Shown one piece after another: positions 50,287-59,135 of a stretch of DNA of 64,000 bases. Origin of the DNA: Bacteroidota bacterium. GTDB lineage: Bacteria; Bacteroidota; Bacteroidia; UBA7662; CANHCV01. Location of the stretch: the NCBI GenBank assembly GCA_947501265.1, contig CANMVY010000006.1, positions 5 through 64,004 of the forward strand, written 5' to 3'. A program made the position numbers and the translations under genes. Under the pieces are notes generated by a model that saw only the letters and a program-made list of their open reading frames with translations, was not told the origin of the DNA and ran no database searches. Every line of letters starts with the position of its first letter. The first letter of the stretch is position 1.

Positions 50287-51728
50287 CCTAGTAACTTCTG
50301 TAAAATGGATGATGCTTTTTTGGGATCTGCTTTCCCTTTGGATTTCTTCATCAAATCTCCCATGAATAATCCGAGCACTCCTTTTTTACCCGATTGATAT
50401 TCAGCAACTTTATCGGGCCATGCTTCAAGTACTTCTTTAGCGATGGATTCCAAAAAATCGTCGTTGGATTCTTGAATTAAATCCTTTTCAATGGCGATGG
50501 ATTCAGGAGATTTATCCGGCGAAAGAATCAACTCGGGAAATACCTGCATGCTCGCAGCCGTAAAGGAAATCTTGCCAGAATCAACCAAAGAAATTAATTC
50601 TGCCAATTTTTGTGGAGCCAATTTTAACCGGTTCCAATCCAAGGCTTCCTCATTCAAATACCCTTTAACTGGACCTAAAATCCAATTCGCAGCCGCTTTC
50701 GCGGCAACATTTTGGGCGATTACTTCCGAAAAATAACGTGCTGTTTCTTTGGTATCCGTTAAATTTCGAGCATCGTAATCGCTCAATCCCAGTTCTCGGG
50801 TGAATTTGGCAAACAGTTCTCGAGGCAAAGCAGGCATCCCTGCTTTCACTTTTTCGATGGCTTCGGATTTGATGCGGAAAGGCGGCAAATCGGGTTCGGG
50901 AAAATAGCGATAATCGTTGGCCGCCTCTTTGGAGCGCAAACTGAAGGTGGTTCCTGCAGTAGCCTCGAACGATCGGGTTTCTGAGGTAAAAGATTCACCA
51001 GCTTCTAGCAAATCGATTTGGCGTTTGATTTCGAATTCAATGGCGCGTTGAACATTACGAATGGAGTTCATGTTTTTTACCTCCACTTTCGTTCCAAATT
51101 CAGTAGCGCCTTTTTTCATCACCGAAATATTCGCATCGCAACGCATCGATCCTTCTTCCATGTTTCCATCGCAGATATCGAGGTAACGTACCAATTTTCT
51201 AACTTCAGTCAAATAAGCGTATGCGTCCTCCGCAGAACGAAGATCTGGTTCAGATACCATTTCTAAAAGGGGAACACCACAACGATTGAAATCGACCAAA
51301 GAATCAATGGGGTCTTTATCGTGCATGCTTTTGCCGGCATCTTCCTCCAAATGTATACGAGTAATACCGATCACCTTATCTCCCTCTTTCGTTTCAATGA
51401 GGATGGACCCCTGGGTACAGATGGGAGTTTTATCTTGTGTAATTTGGTAACCTTTGGGCAAATCGGCGTAAAAATAGTTTTTGCGAGCAAATCCATTGTA
51501 CTCATTGATGGTGCAATTCGTAGCAATTCCTAATTTAATCCCAAACTCCATTGCTTGTTTGTTGAAAAACGGAAGCGTACCTGGGTGACCAAGTGTGATG
51601 GGAGAAACCAAAGTATTGGAATCTGCTCCGTATTCAGCTGCATCGGCGCAGTAGGCTTTCGATTTGGTTAGCAACTGAATGTGAACCTCGAGTCCGATAA
51701 CTGCTTGATATTGATCGTAAATACTCAT
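50283..51728 (-). CDS. gatB: Asp-tRNA(Asn)/Glu-tRNA(Gln) amidotransferase subunit B.
   Basis: IGLEVHIQL...GHPGTLP GatB N-terminal motifs. C-terminal YqeY-like domain. Confidence 0.9.
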   Translation of the reverse strand: MSIYDQYQAVIGLEVHIQLLTKSKAYCADAAEYGADSNTLVSPITLGHPGTLPFFNKQAMEFGIKLGIATNCTINEYNGFARKNYFYADLPKGYQITQDKTPICTQGSILIETKEGDKVIGITRIHLEEDAGKSMHDKDPIDSLVDFNRCGVPLLEMVSEPDLRSAEDAYAYLTEVRKLVRYLDICDGNMEEGSMRCDANISVMKKGATEFGTKVEVKNMNSIRNVQRAIEFEIKRQIDLLEAGESFTSETRSFEATAGTTFSLRSKEAANDYRYFPEPDLPPFRIKSEAIEKVKAGMPALPRELFAKFTRELGLSDYDARNLTDTKETARYFSEVIAQNVAAKAAANWILGPVKGYLNEEALDWNRLKLAPQKLAELISLVDSGKISFTAASMQVFPELILSPDKSPESIAIEKDLIQESNDDFLESIAKEVLEAWPDKVAEYQSGKKGVLGLFMGDLMKKSKGKADPKKASSILQKLLG

Positions 51729-51731
51729 AAA

Positions 51732-54335
51732 TTACTTTCCTAAACGTTTAACTTCTTCGGCCAATTCCGCGTAATAGTTAGAATTTTTACCCCCGGCATT
51801 GGCCAATTGCGGAGTACCTCCTCCTCCACCCTGCAACATCGGACCCCAAGCCTTGATTAATGCATTAGCTTGAACTCCAGATTCAGTTCCAGAACCTACA
51901 ATCACCTGGCATTTGCCTTCTTCTTTAGCATGAAGAATAACCACCCAGTCTGGATTGGATTGAATCATGGATTGAGCGGTATTTTTTGCAAAAGCGGTGA
52001 AGGAAAAGTCAATTTCTTCAAAAACGATGTTCAATCCATTTTGCTGGGTAACTTTTTTCAACAAATCGTTTCCTAGGAAATGGGACAAACTTTTTTGTTG
52101 AAGATCCAACTGATTTTGAAGGTTTTTCTGTTCTTGAAACAAATTTGAAATGGCTAAAATTGGATCTTTAGGCGATTTCAATGCGTTCATGATCTGATCG
52201 GCCAGTTGGGCTTTTTCTTGAAGTAATCGGGTTGCCGCATCGTGGGTAACTGCCTCAATTCTTCGTACTCCCGCAGCAACAGAACCTTCCGAAACAATTT
52301 GGAATAAACGGATATCGCGGGTATTTGAAACGTGGGTTCCTCCGCACAACTCCACCGAATACGTGGAATCGAAAGTAATAACACGGACTTCGTTTCCGTA
52401 CTTTTCTCCAAACAGGGCCATGGCTCCCGATTTTACGGCCTCATCAAAGGAAACATTTCTTTTTTCCTCCAAGGGAATCGCAGCTACAATTTTTTCATTG
52501 ATTTCGTTCTCAATGGTTCGAAGAAGTTCTTCAGAAATCTTTTCGAAGTGAGAAAAATCAAATCGAAGCTTATCCGGTGCGACCAAAGATCCTTTTTGTT
52601 CGACGTGTTTGCCCAAGTGAGAACGTAAGGCAGCATGCAACAAATGCGTTGCGCTGTGGTGGGAGGAAGTTCCTGATCTTCGAGAAACATCCACTTTTGC
52701 ATGAAATGTTAATTGAGAATCAACGGGTAGTTTATTTACCACATGAACGATGAGATCATTTTCCTTTTTGGTATCTAGAACCTCAATTTCTTCGTTTTCG
52801 CTTTTAAGAATTCCTCGATCTCCTAGTTGTCCACCACTCTCGGCATAAAAAGGAGTTACGTCCAATACCAAATGGTACACCGGTTTTTCTTTGATGGTTT
52901 GAGTGCGGTATTTCACCACATGCGAATTGGATTCCAAAGAATCGTAACCTACGAATTCAACTTTTACCTCATCAGTTACCATCACCCAATCGCCTTGGCC
53001 AACCACGGCATCGGCTTTTGAACGAGCTCTTTGGGCCGCCAGTTCCTTTTGGAAACCTTCTTCATCCAACTTAACTCCTTTTTCTTGAGCAATCAAATTG
53101 GTTAAGTCGATGGGAAATCCAAAAGTATCGTAAAGTTCAAAAGCAAAATGTCCATCAATTTCTTGAATGGTTTTGCCTTCGAAATACTGATCGATGAGTT
53201 TCAGTCCGTTGGAAAGTGTGCGTAAAAAGGCGTTTTCTTCTTCCAAGATGATTCGTGCGATGAAATCTTTCTGGCCTTGAATACTCGGATACAAGTCCTC
53301 GAAATAGTTGGCCAGAATTCCAACCAACTGATGTAAAAATGGCGTTTGAAATCCAAGGAATGAATATCCATAACGAACGGCACGACGGAGAATACGACGG
53401 CAAACGTATCCGGCTTTATTATTGGATGGCAAGGTGCCGTCGGCAATGATGAAAGTCACGGCACGAATGTGGTCGGCAGCTACGCGCATGGCAATATCAA
53501 CCGATTCGTTGCTGCCGTATTTCAAACCCGAATTGCGTTCCAACTCTTGAATGATCGGCATGAAAATATCGGTATCGTAATTGGAGGTTTTGTTTTGTAA
53601 CACCCGAACCAATCGCTCCAATCCCATTCCGGTATCGACGTGTTGGGCCGGAAGCTTTTCCAAGGAACCATCCGCTAGGCGATTAAATTCCATGAAAACG
53701 TTGTTCCAAATCTCAATGACCAAGGGATGATCGTTGTTTACCCAACGGGCGCCATCTCCTTGATTTCTTTCGTTTTCAGGTCGGTTATCGAAATGGATTT
53801 CTGAACAAGGACCACATGGCCCGGTTGCTCCCATTTCCCAAAAATTATCTTTTTTGTTGCATCGAAGAATTCGGTCGGCCGGCAAAATTTTGCTCCAAAT
53901 TTCAAAAGCTTCTTCGTCGGCAGGAAGGCCATCGGCTTCATCTCCCCCAAAAATGGTAACGAACAATTGGTCTTTGGGTAATTTTACAACATCGGTTAAA
54001 AATTCCCAAGCCCATGGAAGTGCTTCTTTTTTGAAATAATCGCCGAACGACCAGTTGCCCAACATTTCGAACAAAGTATGGTGGTAGGTATCTTTTCCAA
54101 CATCCTCTAAATCATTGTGTTTACCAGTTACACGAAGACAGGGTTGGGAATTCACAGCTTTCGTGAAACCCAGGGTTTGATTTCCTAAAAACGCATCTTT
54201 GAATTGGTTCATTCCTGCGTTGGTAAACATCAACGTTGGATCGTTTTTATTCACCACCGGTGATGGCTTTACGAACGTGTGTTGTTTGCTTTCGAAAAAT
54301 TGAATAAATGCTTTACGGATTTCTGTTGCCTTCAT
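51732..54335 (-). CDS. alaS: Alanine--tRNA ligase.
   Basis: FTNAGMNQFK class-II motif. HxxxH...CGGTH editing-domain motif (HSATHLLH / CGGTHVS). Confidence 0.95.
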   Translation of the reverse strand: MKATEIRKAFIQFFESKQHTFVKPSPVVNKNDPTLMFTNAGMNQFKDAFLGNQTLGFTKAVNSQPCLRVTGKHNDLEDVGKDTYHHTLFEMLGNWSFGDYFKKEALPWAWEFLTDVVKLPKDQLFVTIFGGDEADGLPADEEAFEIWSKILPADRILRCNKKDNFWEMGATGPCGPCSEIHFDNRPENERNQGDGARWVNNDHPLVIEIWNNVFMEFNRLADGSLEKLPAQHVDTGMGLERLVRVLQNKTSNYDTDIFMPIIQELERNSGLKYGSNESVDIAMRVAADHIRAVTFIIADGTLPSNNKAGYVCRRILRRAVRYGYSFLGFQTPFLHQLVGILANYFEDLYPSIQGQKDFIARIILEEENAFLRTLSNGLKLIDQYFEGKTIQEIDGHFAFELYDTFGFPIDLTNLIAQEKGVKLDEEGFQKELAAQRARSKADAVVGQGDWVMVTDEVKVEFVGYDSLESNSHVVKYRTQTIKEKPVYHLVLDVTPFYAESGGQLGDRGILKSENEEIEVLDTKKENDLIVHVVNKLPVDSQLTFHAKVDVSRRSGTSSHHSATHLLHAALRSHLGKHVEQKGSLVAPDKLRFDFSHFEKISEELLRTIENEINEKIVAAIPLEEKRNVSFDEAVKSGAMALFGEKYGNEVRVITFDSTYSVELCGGTHVSNTRDIRLFQIVSEGSVAAGVRRIEAVTHDAATRLLQEKAQLADQIMNALKSPKDPILAISNLFQEQKNLQNQLDLQQKSLSHFLGNDLLKKVTQQNGLNIVFEEIDFSFTAFAKNTAQSMIQSNPDWVVILHAKEEGKCQVIVGSGTESGVQANALIKAWGPMLQGGGGGTPQLANAGGKNSNYYAELAEEVKRLGK

Positions 54336-54414
54336 GGTTACAAAGATAACCCGAAAGGTGGAAAGGTTAATTTTTGGTGGATTACTTGCGGATAAAATAA
54401 ATTAGGTTTGCAAC

Positions 54415-54867
54415 ATGAATCAAGACACGTTAACCCCTGGAAAACTTTATTATACCATCGGTGAAGTATCGGAATACTTGAAGCTTGCGCCTTCTCAAAT
54501 TCGTTTTTGGGAAACACAATTTCCTGAATTAACCCCAAAAAAGACCAGAAAAGGAGATCGACGATATATTTTGAAAGATGTTGAAACTTTAGAAAAGATC
54601 AATCATCTTCTTAAAATTCAAGGATTTACCATCAAAGGTGCAAAGGATTACTTAAAAAAGAATAAAGGCATTCAACTTGAAGAATCCAATCATTCTAGCA
54701 AAGAAATATCCGTTCAAACCTCAGAATCAGCCGTACCTTCGCAAGTAGAAATGAATTCCCTCCAATTCTCAGAATTTACCGAGATGCTTAACAAAATGCA
54801 TGAATTTCGGAACAGTTTGATGGATGTTCGGGATGCATTGATTGTACTTCGAAATAAAATAAAGTGA
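54415..54867 (+). CDS. MerR-family transcriptional regulator.
   Basis: YTIGEVSEYLKLAPSQIRFWE HTH motif. Overlaps the era start by 4 bp. Confidence 0.7.
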   Translation: MNQDTLTPGKLYYTIGEVSEYLKLAPSQIRFWETQFPELTPKKTRKGDRRYILKDVETLEKINHLLKIQGFTIKGAKDYLKKNKGIQLEESNHSSKEISVQTSESAVPSQVEMNSLQFSEFTEMLNKMHEFRNSLMDVRDALIVLRNKIK

Positions 54868-55754
54868 CTTCATTTAAATCAGGCTTCGTCAACATCGTTG
54901 GAAAACCCAATGCAGGAAAATCAACCCTCATGAACCAGTTGGTGGGTGAAAAGTTGGCCATTATCACTCCCAAAGCGCAAACAACCCGTCATCGCATCAT
55001 GGGAATTGTATCGGGAGAAGATTTTCAATTCGTTTTTTCCGATACGCCTGGAATGTTGGAACCCAAATACGATTTGCACGAATCCATGATGGATTTCGTT
55101 TACTCTGCCTTAGATGATGCCGATGTACTCGTTATCGTCATCGATGCAACCGACAAAGCTGAAAACGACGCATACATTGCCCAAAAGATTGCCAAAAGCC
55201 CTGCCAAACGATTGGTGATTCTCAATAAAATCGATTTAAGCAATCAAGATGCCATCATGGCACGATTGCAACAATTGAAATTAACCTTTGGCGAAGATGC
55301 TGTGGTTATCGCTACTTCTGCCTTGCACGGATTTAACATCGATGGTTTGAAGCAAGAGATCAAGCAGTTGCTCCCTGAAGGTCCGAAGTACTTTCCTGAA
55401 GATGAAATGACCGACAAAACGGAACGTTTTTTTGCATCAGAAATGATCCGAGAAAAGATTTTCATGAATCTTCAAAAGGAAGTTCCCTACTCCACTGAGG
55501 TTGAAATTCTGAGTTTTAAAGAAGAGGAGAACATCATTCGCATTGAGGCTGAAATTTTTTGCGAGAGAAGTACCCAAAAAAATATTTTAATCGGCACCGG
55601 TGGAAGCATGCTGAAGAAAATTGGCACCGAGGCCCGAAAAGACATGGAATTGTTTTGGGGAAAGAAAATTTACTTGGGAATGCACGTTAAAGTGTTGGAA
55701 GGATGGCGTTCCGACCGATTGAAACTAAAACGATTTGGTTACCTTCAAGGGTAA
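54864..55754 (+). CDS. era: GTPase Era.
   Basis: G1 GKPNAGKST, G3 DTPG, G4 NKID. C-terminal KH domain. Confidence 0.9.
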   Translation: MTSFKSGFVNIVGKPNAGKSTLMNQLVGEKLAIITPKAQTTRHRIMGIVSGEDFQFVFSDTPGMLEPKYDLHESMMDFVYSALDDADVLVIVIDATDKAENDAYIAQKIAKSPAKRLVILNKIDLSNQDAIMARLQQLKLTFGEDAVVIATSALHGFNIDGLKQEIKQLLPEGPKYFPEDEMTDKTERFFASEMIREKIFMNLQKEVPYSTEVEILSFKEEENIIRIEAEIFCERSTQKNILIGTGGSMLKKIGTEARKDMELFWGKKIYLGMHVKVLEGWRSDRLKLKRFGYLQG

Positions 55755-57406
55755 TCCATGAATTGTTGAATCATCCAATATTCCCAAATCAACAAATTCC
55801 ACAAACGTCGGGACTCGATTTCGGTCCTTTTTCTTTTTAAGAATAACTGATAACATTCCCCACCAAAGAGTTCCGATTGTTCAATTTGAGCAATAATTTC
55901 TGGTATTTGATCTTGATGTAAAAGAATTAATTGCTCTTCCATGCATCCAAAACCAGTTTTTTCCCGCTCAATGATATCCATAGGAACATATTTCCTTGCC
56001 AAAACCCTCAATTCAATTTTGTTGTAAAAGGAATTGGGCTTCAGCCCAGTAATTCTTGGATCGAGGTAAGGAACGCGGATTTCTACTTGATTTTGCATTC
56101 CAATTTCATCGGAATAAAGCAGCCCGTTATGAACCAAATAAAAATTCTGATCCATTTTTTTCATGTCAATTTCGATTCCTGAATCGAATCCAGATTCTTT
56201 GAACTTGAATTCTTTTTGAAGGAAAGAAGGATCAACTTTCAACCACCATCCCAAAGGTTTTTGGGTAAGTAGGTTTAATCGCTCTCGTTTTTCTTTAGGG
56301 AAAACATCTTTAAAGGCCTTGATCATTTTCCATTTGGCAAAACCTTTTCCATCGGTAAATTCGTGGCGACGGTAACCACCAAAATACTCATCGGCTCCCA
56401 TTCCACTCATCAAAACACGAACGCCATCTAGCGCAGCCTTCGAACTAACCCAATGCATGGCCAAAGCGCCAGGATCGCCGAAAGGATGGGACAAACTGCG
56501 AATCCACGACCTTAGATCTATTTCAAATGGCTGGACTTCGATCAATTCCATGTTTAACTTGTTGGTCATTTGTACCGCATATGGAAAGTCGGTTTCTAAT
56601 CTTCCCAGATTTCCAGTATTCAACGAATACGCTGGCAAAGTTCTAAACTCATTTCCCATGGATGCCAAAAGGGAAGAATCCAATCCACCCGATAACAACC
56701 ATGCAGCTGGAACAGATGACTGGACTTGTTCCTCCAAAACTTCCTTTAAGTTACTTTCTAAAATGGTCGATTTCAACTCCTCCTGAAATGGAATCCAGGT
56801 CAAAGAAAAGTCCTTTTTTACGATAGCAATTGTTCCCTTTGGAAACTCTTTTATTCCTTCCCAAAGCCAATCTTGAGATAGATTAAATTGGCAGGTTGCC
56901 AAAGAAACAACGGAATTTTCGTTCCAACGGTCGGATGATAAATGAAGGGATTTCGCAGTGGATGAAAAAGCAATTCCATGACTAAATTGACGGTAGAACA
57001 AAGGCTTAATTCCTTTGAAATCACGATAAAGGATTAATTGTTCTTTTTCGGAACAAAAATGAAATCCAGCAAAGAAACCACTCCAAAATCCGATAGCTTG
57101 AAAGCCATTTTTTTCAATATCTAGATGTGCTACTTCAATATCGGTAGAAATGGAATGAGAGAGCTGTTGAGCCCGTTGTTTCCAGTTGAAAATTTCTCCA
57201 TTGAACCCCGAGAATTGAGCTGAACCGGATGGGAACGGCTGGGTAATGGGGCTTTGCTGGCTCTGGATTTTAAGAGCTGCGTGGGAGAAACTCCAATTCG
57301 GGTTTGAAAGCGTTTGAAAATCGTCTTTCCCCCGATATTGGATGAGTTGATGATTCTTTTTTATTTCTTCGGGAACCTGGCCCCACCATCCAAAAATGCC
57401 ACACAT
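55745..57406 (-). CDS. Asparagine synthase (glutamine-hydrolysing) family amidotransferase.
   Basis: N-terminal MCGI (Ntn Cys2). SGGLDSS PP-loop. Confidence 0.75.
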   Translation of the reverse strand: MCGIFGWWGQVPEEIKKNHQLIQYRGKDDFQTLSNPNWSFSHAALKIQSQQSPITQPFPSGSAQFSGFNGEIFNWKQRAQQLSHSISTDIEVAHLDIEKNGFQAIGFWSGFFAGFHFCSEKEQLILYRDFKGIKPLFYRQFSHGIAFSSTAKSLHLSSDRWNENSVVSLATCQFNLSQDWLWEGIKEFPKGTIAIVKKDFSLTWIPFQEELKSTILESNLKEVLEEQVQSSVPAAWLLSGGLDSSLLASMGNEFRTLPAYSLNTGNLGRLETDFPYAVQMTNKLNMELIEVQPFEIDLRSWIRSLSHPFGDPGALAMHWVSSKAALDGVRVLMSGMGADEYFGGYRRHEFTDGKGFAKWKMIKAFKDVFPKEKRERLNLLTQKPLGWWLKVDPSFLQKEFKFKESGFDSGIEIDMKKMDQNFYLVHNGLLYSDEIGMQNQVEIRVPYLDPRITGLKPNSFYNKIELRVLARKYVPMDIIEREKTGFGCMEEQLILLHQDQIPEIIAQIEQSELFGGECYQLFLKRKRTEIESRRLWNLLIWEYWMIQQFMDYP

Positions 57407-57407
57407 G

Positions 57408-59135
57408 TTATTGAATGGTTAGTTGCCCTTGTCGAAGTTCGAAAATGCGATCGCAATGAATGAGCGCTTCGGGTTGGTGGGAAACGATGATGATGGTTTT
57501 TCCGGATTTCTTCAAAAATTGAATGGCATCGAGAACTTGGGCGGCATTCTCTGGATCGAGGGATCCGATGGGTTCGTCGAAAACCAAAATTTTTGCATCG
57601 GCATAGAGAGAACGGGCAATGGCTAGTCGTTGGCGTTCGCCTCCCGACATGTTTTTGCCCGATTCGGAAAGAGGACGAAAGATGCCTTCCGGCAATTGAT
57701 TGACCCAATTTCGAAGTGACGACCAGTGCAAACAATCGTCGATTTTCTGAAGATTTATTTGGTCGTCGGGAATTCCTAAAGCAATGTTATGAACAACGCT
57801 GCCCTCCATCACGTAAACATCCTGACGTACGTAGGCAAAAATACCAGAAGGATCATGCAGTGGCACTCCATCTACAAGAACCCTTCCCGCTTTAGGTGGA
57901 ATGAGGCCCATCATAACATTGAGCAAGGTGGATTTTCCGGTACCACTTGGACCGAATACTCCAATACAATCACCCTTTTTTATTTCAAGTGAAATATTTG
58001 AAAGCAATTTCTTAAGCGATTTTTGATGCCAAAAACTAACATCTTCAAGAATTAAACAATCTTCAAATCCAAGTAGTTTCGTTTCATTTGAATCAGAATT
58101 TTTCAAGTTTTCAATCTCTGAAATGGTGTATTCAAAAATTTTAATGCGAGACAAGTATGCCAAAATTCGTTTGATAGAAGGCATAATTCGAAATGCCGCC
58201 AAAGCGTAAACCGCCAAGATATTCACCCAAAAACGAGGTTCGGAACTTTGAAGACTGGTATAAAGAAAGATAACCAATATAGAAACCAAAGCCGTAATCT
58301 CGATTAGTAAATTGGGCAATCCCTTGGCTAATTCCAATTCCACATTGAGCTGATTGGATTTTTTGATTTTGTCTGCAATCTTCGAAACAACAAACTCTTG
58401 CTTATTGAGTAATCGCCAATCAATAATTCCGCCTACCATGGCAATTACATCTCTTAGGATACCTTCCTGTAGGCGGTCATCTTCTTTTCCCTTTACATAA
58501 AAATACCTTCGGTAAGCCAAATAAAACAAAATCCCAGATAATCCAAGTGTTCCAATTAACAAGATCAATAACAGTGGATTATAAAAGAGTAAAGCGACGA
58601 AAATTACCAGCATGACGGCTATTTCAGAGACCCATTGCAGAACCACCAACAAAACATTTTTCGCAAAAAACTGAGGTATGTTCACCACATTTCTCAATCC
58701 TTTTCCCGTAGGTAATTCCTGAAATTCGAGCAAAGGAATATTCAAAATGCTCAACAACATGGCCTCAGAATGTCTGCCAGCGACATCCAAACTAAACTTT
58801 ACAAATGATTTTTGAAGCCAAAGATTGAACCACGTTTTCACCAAATAAATCCCAATGGCACCCAGCAGCAAAAACAACAACATGCCATCCAAATTGGGGA
58901 ACGGATTGATGGATCGAATCCAAGTCCACCAAGAATATCGCTCCAATTCGTGATAATCTTTTAGCGCCAAAACAATGGGAAGGACCGAAAGAAGACCAGA
59001 AAGTTCCAATACCCCCAAAATCAAATTGAGGAATAGCAAACGAATAAAAGTGGTTTTTTCAAAAGGCAACAACAAATTGAAAACCCTGTTCCAGAGTTGC
59101 CACCCTTTAACCAAACTTGTTTGCTTGATGGTCAT
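57408..59135 (-). CDS. ABC exporter with fused TMD and NBD (MsbA-like architecture).
   Basis: 6 TM helices. Walker A GPSGTGKST. LSGGERQR signature. Walker B ILVFDEP. Confidence 0.85.
   Translation of the reverse strand: MTIKQTSLVKGWQLWNRVFNLLLPFEKTTFIRLLFLNLILGVLELSGLLSVLPIVLALKDYHELERYSWWTWIRSINPFPNLDGMLLFLLLGAIGIYLVKTWFNLWLQKSFVKFSLDVAGRHSEAMLLSILNIPLLEFQELPTGKGLRNVVNIPQFFAKNVLLVVLQWVSEIAVMLVIFVALLFYNPLLLILLIGTLGLSGILFYLAYRRYFYVKGKEDDRLQEGILRDVIAMVGGIIDWRLLNKQEFVVSKIADKIKKSNQLNVELELAKGLPNLLIEITALVSILVIFLYTSLQSSEPRFWVNILAVYALAAFRIMPSIKRILAYLSRIKIFEYTISEIENLKNSDSNETKLLGFEDCLILEDVSFWHQKSLKKLLSNISLEIKKGDCIGVFGPSGTGKSTLLNVMMGLIPPKAGRVLVDGVPLHDPSGIFAYVRQDVYVMEGSVVHNIALGIPDDQINLQKIDDCLHWSSLRNWVNQLPEGIFRPLSESGKNMSGGERQRLAIARSLYADAKILVFDEPIGSLDPENAAQVLDAIQFLKKSGKTIIIVSHQPEALIHCDRIFELRQGQLTIQ

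Noticed and set aside
55745-59135. Lasso-peptide biosynthetic pair (AsnB-like cyclase plus ABC exporter).
   Set aside because: No precursor peptide or B-protein (transglutaminase-like protease/RRE) is visible nearby. The AsnB homologue keeps the N-terminal Cys2 glutaminase nucleophile typical of true amidotransferases. The adjacent large GT favours a glycan or lipid product. Kept only as a check inside the main finding.
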